Shown in pieces: positions 34,019 to 39,843 of a stretch of 39,843 nucleotides of DNA. Each line of letters begins with the position of its first letter. Position 1 is the first letter of the stretch. The notes under the pieces were generated by a model. The model had not been told where the DNA came from and made no database searches. It saw nothing but the letters and a program-made list of their open reading frames with translations. The stretch is from a virus: the IMG/VR virus record IMGVR_UViG_3300029893_000027; one strand, given 5' to 3'. The translations under genes were made by a program, and so were the position numbers.

Positions 34019-34258
34019 CCCTACCCTACCTTACCTTACCAAACCAGACCCAACCGAACCACACCAAACCGCACAACACCTCACCCCGACACACCTAACC
34101 AAACCGCACCTTACTTTGCCAAACCGTGCCCCACCAATCCAAACCAAACATCACCAAACCTCACCCTACCTGACCGAACCAAACCAAAGCCTACCTCACC
34201 AAACCTTGCCCGACCCAACCATACATCGCCTTACCTAACCTCGCCGTGCCTCACCTCC
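34019..34258. repeat. 48-unit pentanucleotide-phased array: CCNNA on +, TNNGG on the transcribed minus strand
   Basis: Parsed base by base from 34019. CC occupies positions 1-2 in 42 of 48 units and A occupies position 5 in 39 of 48. There are no indels over 240 nt, and the plus strand is almost G-free. Confidence 0.95.
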
Positions 34259-34386
34259 TTTTCATCCTCAACTTTAAACAATCCTTGATGACCGCAAGGA
34301 GAAGCAGTCGCTCTAATTACATCTATATCTGTCTCATCGTTGTATCCCCACTTACAACCGCAAACGATACAAGTGCAAATTATCAT
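34231..34386 (-). CDS. 51-aa zinc-ribbon-like protein (CTCIVCGC...CGH)
   Basis: ATG (MIICTCIVCGCKW...) after GGGAGTGAGAAA. Its last 9 codons run into the pentamer array. Confidence 0.5.
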   Translation of the reverse strand: MIICTCIVCGCKWGYNDETDIDVIRATASPCGHQGLFKVEDEKEVRHGEVR

Positions 34387-34415
34387 TTTCTCACTCCCTT
34401 TTTTCACGCATTTCC

Positions 34416-36668
34416 TCACCTTTTGTGCATTTCGTCCCAGTTTTTACCTGTCTTAATCTCAACAGGGATTGTGAATGTCTTGTTGTTTATTGTGAGAGGT
34501 ATTTTAAATATTTCTTTAATTGCATCAGCATACATGTTTACTTCTCCTTCCGCACATTGCACCACAAAGGCATCATGTATTTGCAACATAATCTCCGCAT
34601 TTGGTATTGATTTCTTTAAATTGATGATTGCCAAATTTAAGACATCAGCAACTGTGGATTGCGGTATGTAGCTATATGCCTCACGAAACAATTGCTCTCC
34701 CCAACGACCAAAGAATAGTCTTTTTCTTCCCATTGGTGTTTCCATTATTCGTGTTTTAGAAAGATGTGCTTGTATTTGTAATTGCCACATTTTGATTTTT
34801 GGGAATGTGTCAAAATACTTCTGCAATACCTCCCTTGCTTTGCTTTCTTTGATTTGTGCGTGGTAAGCAAATGTTCTTACACCAATTCCGTAATTACTTC
34901 CGTGCACTAATCTTTTTGCCAGCTCTCTATCAACACCAATCCATTCTGCAACTTGTGCGTGTATGTCACCTCCTTTCTCGAACAAATTAATTAATTTCTC
35001 TTCTCCTGAGAGGTATGCGACAATTCTTGCTTCGGCTTGCGACAAATCTGCCTCAATAAACACCTTTCCTTCGTCAGCGACAAACATCTTTCTGCAAATG
35101 CCTTTTGGTATATTTTGTAAATTTGACCCAGTGCCAAACACACTTTCTCTACTGGATAGTCTTCCTGTTTTTGTTCCACCGATGAGATATGAGCATCTTA
35201 TCCTCTCTCCTTCATCTGTCAAATATGTTCCTAACAGCTTCAGGTTCTTTCTTATTGTTAAGATTAAATCAAATACCTCATTTGGATATTGTGCTGCAAG
35301 TGCTTCAATTGCTTCTTCATCTGTTGTTTCTGTTCCTCGCACTCTGCTAATGCGAGGAGGCAATTTCATCTCTTCATAAAATAATTGTTTAAGTTGCTTT
35401 GGTGACACCACATTTACCTGTCTTCCTACCAATTCATTCAATCTGTTTTGTGTTTCTGCAACTTTTCTCAAGCATTCCTCATTTGCTTGTAGCCTTACGA
35501 GATTATCAACTTTCACTCCTCTTATTTGCATCTCAGTTAATATTGGTATCAATGGATGCACCAGTTTGTAGTAAAAGTCATACACACCAAACTCTTTCAT
35601 TTCCTTCTCAATTGCAATTGCAGTTTCAAATGCAATGCAGGCATCCATTGCATTATACTTCCAAAAATCTACTGCTGAGCCAGTTTTTGCCCAATGTTTA
35701 TAGTAAGGTTGACGAGTATAAATACTGCATAATACTTCTAATCCTTTAGGCAATTCTGGGTAAATTGTGTGGTGAGCGCACATTGTGTCCATCACCAAAT
35801 TTTTGGTATTGATGTAAGGAGGATTGATGGCAAATATGACACAATCAAATTGAGCATTTTGTGCAATCTTCTCAATTTTCTCATCTTCCATCAACTTTTT
35901 TATTTCATTCATTACCGCAATTTCTTCTTCTATTGTTGGCCAGTAGTTGATGGTCTCTGTTCCTTTGCTAAATGTGAAGGGAATGCAGATGGCAGAAAAA
36001 GGCGAATCAGCAAATGCGATGGCAGTTATTATAGTTCCTTCTGTTTCAATATCAAATGCAATTTTTTTACATTTTTGCAACCTAACCAATTCACACATCA
36101 CTTGTTCAAATGTTGGTGCAAGAATGAAGTCCCTATTTGGTATATTACATTTTGGTGTCTCACTTTCTTCCTTCACTTTTCGCAGGTCGAATAAAACAAG
36201 TGGTGCAAAATCCCATTGACGCATAATCATTGCAGGGTGCACTGTGGGAATAACTTTGACATTAAGACGATGATGCCAAAGAATACTGCCACGCCAATCA
36301 GTAATATTTCTGTGGGAGAATAGTGCCATCAATGCTTCATTTCCTAAAGCACAGACAACATTTGGTCTGCACTTTTTGATGTCTTCCAACAAATATTTTC
36401 TTCCTTCAATTAATTCTGGCTTTGGTATATGCATCTGTTTGTCAACATAGAAGTGAGCAAAGTTATTCGTTGGCGGACGAATTCTCATTACATTTGCAAG
36501 ACGACATTCACTTCTCACTATACCTACATCCATCAATAACTTATCAAGTATTCGTCCTGCACTTCCAACAAAGGGTCGTCCTTGTGCTTCTTCTTCTGCG
36601 CCAGGTGCTTCCCCTACTATGTAAATCTTTGCGTCAGTGGGACCTTCAAATGGAACTATTGTATTCAT
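34416..36668 (-). CDS. polA: Family A DNA polymerase with 3'-5' exonuclease and an N-terminal family-4 UDG-like domain
   Basis: The UDG4 motifs GEAPGAEEEAQGRPFVGSAGRIL and VHPAMIMR lie in residues 1-165. Exo I is IAFDIETEG. The Pol motifs are A (EADLSQAEARIVA), B (RELAKRLVHGSNYG) and C (QIHDAFV). Confidence 0.9.
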   Translation of the reverse strand: MNTIVPFEGPTDAKIYIVGEAPGAEEEAQGRPFVGSAGRILDKLLMDVGIVRSECRLANVMRIRPPTNNFAHFYVDKQMHIPKPELIEGRKYLLEDIKKCRPNVVCALGNEALMALFSHRNITDWRGSILWHHRLNVKVIPTVHPAMIMRQWDFAPLVLFDLRKVKEESETPKCNIPNRDFILAPTFEQVMCELVRLQKCKKIAFDIETEGTIITAIAFADSPFSAICIPFTFSKGTETINYWPTIEEEIAVMNEIKKLMEDEKIEKIAQNAQFDCVIFAINPPYINTKNLVMDTMCAHHTIYPELPKGLEVLCSIYTRQPYYKHWAKTGSAVDFWKYNAMDACIAFETAIAIEKEMKEFGVYDFYYKLVHPLIPILTEMQIRGVKVDNLVRLQANEECLRKVAETQNRLNELVGRQVNVVSPKQLKQLFYEEMKLPPRISRVRGTETTDEEAIEALAAQYPNEVFDLILTIRKNLKLLGTYLTDEGERIRCSYLIGGTKTGRLSSRESVFGTGSNLQNIPKGICRKMFVADEGKVFIEADLSQAEARIVAYLSGEEKLINLFEKGGDIHAQVAEWIGVDRELAKRLVHGSNYGIGVRTFAYHAQIKESKAREVLQKYFDTFPKIKMWQLQIQAHLSKTRIMETPMGRKRLFFGRWGEQLFREAYSYIPQSTVADVLNLAIINLKKSIPNAEIMLQIHDAFVVQCAEGEVNMYADAIKEIFKIPLTINNKTFTIPVEIKTGKNWDEMHKR

Positions 36669-36851
36669 TTGGCATTTTTCCTCTTTTCCATTAAATTGGA
36701 ATGAAGCTGAATTAATTTTTGGTTCAACTCCGCCTCACATCTTACACTCATTTCATACATTTTTTTGTCAAATTTTTGAAGTGGAAAGTATGTGTTATTT
36801 TTCCAGCAACCAATAATATTAAGGGAGATATTAACTACAAAGTCGTGGCTG

Positions 36852-36922
36852 TTGTGAGTAAATAAGAAATACATTTATTTTATAAAGTTATAGTTATTGT
36901 GAGCAAATAAGAAATACATTTA
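36852..36922. repeat. 26-nt direct repeat x2 (one mismatch, 45-nt period) upstream of polA
   Basis: ttgtgagtaaataagaaatacattta at 36852-36877 and ttgtgagcaaataagaaatacattta at 36897-36922. Confidence 0.85.
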
Positions 36923-36923
36923 A

Positions 36924-37343
36924 TTATATCAGTGCTCCTATTGTTACTCCAATTAATGCTCCAGTCATAAACTCGCACATTTTCCAATAGAATTGATTTG
37001 CGAGTGGTCGCCAATTTGATAATCGAAACATAATAATCCATAAGATAGGTGTGATAAGTTGCCAAATGGTATAGCCTAATAATAGAGTTGGTAAGATGAA
37101 GCAAATCCCCACCAACATTTTGATGGAGTATGGCTTGCGTTCGCCATACCCCAGAGAAAATGCAAACATTAGGCCTATCATCAATAAAACTACCTTATGG
37201 AGAGGAAAATTTGAGATGTAAGCAACTGCGGCTAAAACAAAAGGCAAACAAAATCTTCTCAACCATTTCCATCTGTAGCCTCCTAAACTGAAAAGTAAGC
37301 CGCCGAAGGTCATAGAGATAATTTGTAGAAGTTCTTTATTCAT
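36924..37343 (-). CDS. 139-aa polytopic (about 4 TM) membrane protein
   Basis: Four hydrophobic segments. SD AGAGGAGGTAAAA. Confidence 0.7.
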   Translation of the reverse strand: MNKELLQIISMTFGGLLFSLGGYRWKWLRRFCLPFVLAAVAYISNFPLHKVVLLMIGLMFAFSLGYGERKPYSIKMLVGICFILPTLLLGYTIWQLITPILWIIMFRLSNWRPLANQFYWKMCEFMTGALIGVTIGALI

Positions 37344-37476
37344 TTTTACCTCCTCTAATTAAATTAATTAGGAATAAAAATATCAGAAAGTTGAGGCAAA
37401 AAAGTACATCTCCTCCTCTTGTTAAGAAAACAAATGCAAAGACAGTTGAAAAAATCAATGGAAACAACCAATTCAT
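37336..37476 (-). CDS. 46-aa two-TM membrane peptide
   Basis: Hand-translated: MNWLFPLIFSTVFAFVFLTRGGDVLFCLNFLIFLFLINLIRGGKNE. ATGA/TAA overlaps couple it to both neighbours. Confidence 0.45.
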   Translation of the reverse strand: MNWLFPLIFSTVFAFVFLTRGGDVLFCLNFLIFLFLINLIRGGKNE

Positions 37477-37553
37477 TTTGGCCATCCCCAAATGAGGTAT
37501 GCCAATACCATTACTGCAATCAATCCCAATATGTCTTTTATTATTGAATCCAT
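37473..37553 (-). CDS. 26-aa membrane peptide
   Basis: Hand-translated: MDSIIKDILGLIAVMVLAYLIWGWPK. TAATG coupling to the upstream gene. Confidence 0.4.
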   Translation of the reverse strand: MDSIIKDILGLIAVMVLAYLIWGWPK

Positions 37554-37939
37554 TATTTCCCTTTCCTTTTTGGCATCACTTCATCATATACATGAGTAAA
37601 ATACGCCGTCTTTACATAACCTTTCACAGGCACAATCAACCAAACCACAACTGCTAAAACTTTTTCTTCTTCTCCCACTCTTCTTAGATAAATCTTAGTA
37701 TCTGGACGCTTACTGTCTATCACAATTAACTGCGGGTCTAATAAGGTTATTTTTATATATTCAATGGTAACATCTGGATGTTTTTCTTGAATATGTTCCC
37801 AAGTTTCTTCAGTTAAGGTAAATTGTCCAATAGTGAGTGGGAAAAGAGGAGTTTTAATTCTACGTGCAAATGAAGGAATATCACATCCACTAATTATTAT
37901 GATTAGTAATAGTTTAGAAATAAAATTTCTTATTGACAT
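37553..37939 (-). CDS. Predicted lipoprotein (lipobox IISG|C) with a small alpha/beta domain
   Basis: Signal MSIRNFISKLLLIIIISGC. The ATG at 37939 is preferred over the track TTG at 37945. No SD. It follows a terminator-like hairpin. Confidence 0.6.
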   Translation of the reverse strand: MSIRNFISKLLLIIIISGCDIPSFARRIKTPLFPLTIGQFTLTEETWEHIQEKHPDVTIEYIKITLLDPQLIVIDSKRPDTKIYLRRVGEEEKVLAVVVWLIVPVKGYVKTAYFTHVYDEVMPKRKGK

Positions 37940-37946
37940 ATTCAAT

Positions 37947-37981
37947 GGGAAAACACGAACTGCAACATAGTGTTGCAGCTC
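37947..37981 (-). terminator. Intrinsic-terminator-like hairpin (CTGCAACA-cta-TGTTGCAG) followed by GUGUUUUCCC
   Basis: Perfect 8-bp stem at 37960-37978, extendable by 2 bp, with a short U4 tract on the minus strand. Confidence 0.5.
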
Positions 37982-38002
37982 GCATTTTCAATTTGAAATT
38001 AC
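37982..38002. promoter_or_regulatory. Palindrome-family copy 3 (GCATTTTCAATTTGAAATTAC)
   Basis: Same half-sites as copies 1 and 2 with a centre 2 nt shorter. It overlaps the stop codon of 38002..38391. Confidence 0.6.
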
Positions 38003-38391
38003 TAAACAAGTGAGCAAGGATAGTATGGTGGCACAATACGATTGCGAAGCACATTCGAATCTGGCGGATATTCTTCCTGCTCCACATTTATATCAACCTT
38101 CAACCCAATCACATCCTCCGTATTGAACCCGCCTTCATCAAACTTTGCTCCACAAGCTGAAAGAAACCCTTTCAAATTCCACAATGCTTCCTTCTTTAAA
38201 GCCGTATTCAACCACAATCTTCTCCCATTCTCAGTTGGCCCTAATATTGTCAATTCCCATACAATCAACTTCCCACTTCCATCTTTTGTTGCTCTTACAT
38301 CCGCACTCGTAACAGTTGCACTATACCTCCCTGGTTGAATTGGCTCAAACCCAACACCAACCTCATCAAAGTTAGGCAGTTCTATTCTCAT
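38002..38391 (-). CDS. DUF669-like protein (SSB-like partner of Sak4-type ATPases)
   Basis: The pattern PIQPGRYSATVTSADVRATKDGSGKLIVWELTILGPTENGRRLW fits the DUF669 layout as recalled, and the gene is adjacent to the AAA_24 ATPase. ATG at 38391 after AAGGAGGTGA. Confidence 0.6.
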   Translation of the reverse strand: MRIELPNFDEVGVGFEPIQPGRYSATVTSADVRATKDGSGKLIVWELTILGPTENGRRLWLNTALKKEALWNLKGFLSACGAKFDEGGFNTEDVIGLKVDINVEQEEYPPDSNVLRNRIVPPYYPCSLV

Positions 38392-38608
38392 CTCTCTCAC
38401 CTCCTTCCTTTAATTGCTGTCTAATGTATGCATTTATTTCTTCCTGCAAAGGTCTTCCACATACCATACAAAACTTGTTCCATATTCCTACCTCTGCATT
38501 GCATTTAGAACACTTGATTATTCCTCTTATTAACTTTTCTCCACAAAAACCACACCATATTGCCTCTTCCTGATGTATTGCTACATTACATTTCGCACAA
38601 TATTTCAT
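38372..38608 (-). CDS. Double zinc-ribbon protein (78 aa)
   Basis: Four CxxC pairs: CAKC, CGFC, CSKC, CMVC. Confidence 0.65.
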   Translation of the reverse strand: MKYCAKCNVAIHQEEAIWCGFCGEKLIRGIIKCSKCNAEVGIWNKFCMVCGRPLQEEINAYIRQQLKEGGERDENRTA

Positions 38609-39276
38609 TCTTTTTCTCCTTTCAACTTGCCCATAATTACATTATAATCTGGCGTCTCAATCACATCGAGACACCCCAATCTTGACTTCGCACTGTATTT
38701 CACATCTGCTGTCGTCAGCAATTGATATACTGGCTTACCTTCCTTATTTCTTGCTGTCTGACACCTATAGACTTCATCAAAGAAGAGTGGTAATTGTGCT
38801 GGCATCTTTTTTCCTACAATTAATGGTAATATAGTTATCTCACTTGTCAATTCATCTTGCAGAAGTTGCTCATGCGCCACAACCACAATATGTTGCGTTA
38901 ACTTCGTTAAGAGCAAAAACAAATTTTGCAGCCAATCAACAAGTCTTCCCCATTCGTGCAATGTTGGCTCAACCCTTTTATTAAGAGTAAGTATCTCCTG
39001 CATCATATACTCCTGCAACGTCGTCACACTATCAATGACCAATGTCTCAAATTCACATTTCTGTTCAAACTCTCTCAACTTTTGAAAAAACAATTTCCAG
39101 TTAGTATATGTGTCATAATCAATATCCTTGCCTCTTTGAGAGAGCATCCCATTGTCGAAATCGAACACATACGGACGAGGAAATGTGCAGGCAAAAGTAG
39201 TTTTCCCTGTGCCTGACTTTCCATACACCAACACCTTCAATTTTAAGTTACTCACATCAATATCTTTTGCGTTCAC
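38605..39276 (-). CDS. Sak4-like AAA_24 ATPase (RecA-fold recombination/annealing accessory)
   Basis: Walker A VLVYGKSGTGKTT, Walker B-like TLVIDSV, size of about 220 aa. GTG start after GGAGGTGA. Confidence 0.75.
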   Translation of the reverse strand: MNAKDIDVSNLKLKVLVYGKSGTGKTTFACTFPRPYVFDFDNGMLSQRGKDIDYDTYTNWKLFFQKLREFEQKCEFETLVIDSVTTLQEYMMQEILTLNKRVEPTLHEWGRLVDWLQNLFLLLTKLTQHIVVVAHEQLLQDELTSEITILPLIVGKKMPAQLPLFFDEVYRCQTARNKEGKPVYQLLTTADVKYSAKSRLGCLDVIETPDYNVIMGKLKGEKE

Positions 39277-39469
39277 TATCTCTCACCTCCTTATCTTGTA
39301 ATAGTTGTTGTATTGCAACCATAATTTTTTCTGCTGCTTCAAAACTTAAAAACAGATGAGTAATTCCTCCTTGTTTATCAGCAAAAACCACTAAGATGTT
39401 GTCATCACTTGAAGTAAGACTAACCCTACCAAGCTCTAAAGGGCACGCTACATTTACATAACACTTCAT
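39257..39469 (-). CDS. Hypothetical protein (70 aa)
   Basis: ORF packed directly after the upstream stop. Function unknown. Confidence 0.55.
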   Translation of the reverse strand: MKCYVNVACPLELGRVSLTSSDDNILVVFADKQGGITHLFLSFEAAEKIMVAIQQLLQDKEVRDSERKRY

Positions 39470-39655
39470 CTATTCCTCCTTCCAAAACCAACCTTTTCCG
39501 TTACATTCAAAACATTCTACTTTTTCATCTCCTTCCCATACCCATCCTTTACCACCGCAGTCGAAACATTCCGCCTTCCTTTTTCTTGATATCAACATAC
39601 TATTATCAGGTGGAACATATCCCAATTTATTTGGATTATGCTTGTCAGTAGCCAT
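39470..39655 (-). CDS. Mini-protein with two DnaJ-type CxxCxGxG zinc-finger repeats
   Basis: CFDCGGKGW and CFECNGKGW. ATG at 39655 after AAAGGAGGTGAAA. Confidence 0.65.
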   Translation of the reverse strand: MATDKHNPNKLGYVPPDNSMLISRKRKAECFDCGGKGWVWEGDEKVECFECNGKGWFWKEE

Positions 39656-39833
39656 TTTCACCTCCTTTCATAAATGCATAGCCACATCCTAAGCAATGTG
39701 TTGTTACTTCTTCCTCAATGAACATAGCAAGCACACTTTCGCAGAATGGGCAATAACCTTTGTGCAAAATGTCGCCTTGCTCTTCTCTACTCAATCTCTC
39801 CCATTCTTCCATTTTCATTTTTTTCTGCCTCAT
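39645..39833 (-). CDS. Zinc-ribbon protein (CPFC...CLGC), spans the circular junction
   Basis: Two CxxC pairs. The 5' part lies in the terminal repeat and is duplicated at 1-89. The start may be an internal Met (39818 or 39812). Confidence 0.55.
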   Translation of the reverse strand: MRQKKMKMEEWERLSREEQGDILHKGYCPFCESVLAMFIEEEVTTHCLGCGYAFMKGGENGY

Positions 39834-39843
39834 CCTCCTTAAA

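Noticed and set aside
34010-34288. Plus-strand ORF of 92 aa (Pro/Thr/Asn-rich) across the pentamer array, and ORF 34246..34671
   Set aside because: A 5-nt period cannot reflect codon structure. The ORF is on the wrong strand for this arm, has no SD, and exists only because the strand is G-poor and therefore has few stop codons.

Overview
Calls rest on ORF context, Shine-Dalgarno (SD) sites and motifs read by eye. No homology search or RNA folding was run.

Nt 1-99 are identical to nt 39745-39843, so the window closes on itself. It reads as a complete, circularly assembling dsDNA tailed-phage genome of about 39.74 kb. It looks podovirus-like: no sheath, tube or tape-measure module, and no integrase or repressor.

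Two transcription arms diverge from a repeat-dense noncoding hub of about 1.1 kb (2735-3847) and converge at 30833.
- **Rightward (+) arm:** one isolated early gene (3848-4108), a second noncoding repeat block (4109-4654), then TerS/TerL, an accessory block with a beta-helix protein, portal, scaffold, capsid, decoration-like and adaptor-like proteins, fibers, internal virion proteins including a 1410-aa giant, and a PurD-like ATP-grasp enzyme.
- **Leftward (-) arm** (2734 down to 1, continuing 39843 down to 30835): replication and recombination genes. These are a Cas4-like PD-(D/E)XK nuclease, a SWIM protein, a Sak4-like ATPase, a DUF669-like protein, a UDG4-like::family A polymerase fusion, a DUF3987-like protein and an SPPY methyltransferase. 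There is also a membrane/lipoprotein cluster and many Zn-ribbon mini-proteins.

Three near-consensus sigma70-type promoters fit host-RNAP dependence. No tRNA, CRISPR array, reverse transcriptase, RNAP, primase, canonical helicase or endolysin was recognised.

Most unusual observations:
1. A slip-free 48-unit pentanucleotide-phased array (CCNNA on +, TNNGG on the transcribed strand) at 34019-34258. It has smaller 5-nt and 6-nt phased relatives in the hub.
2. Two LAGLIDADG homing endonucleases. One sits where it appears to split the major capsid gene, so a group I intron is suspected.
3. A PurD-like ATP-grasp enzyme at the end of the virion operon.
4. A 21-23-bp AT palindrome family that abuts stop codons at three module junctions.
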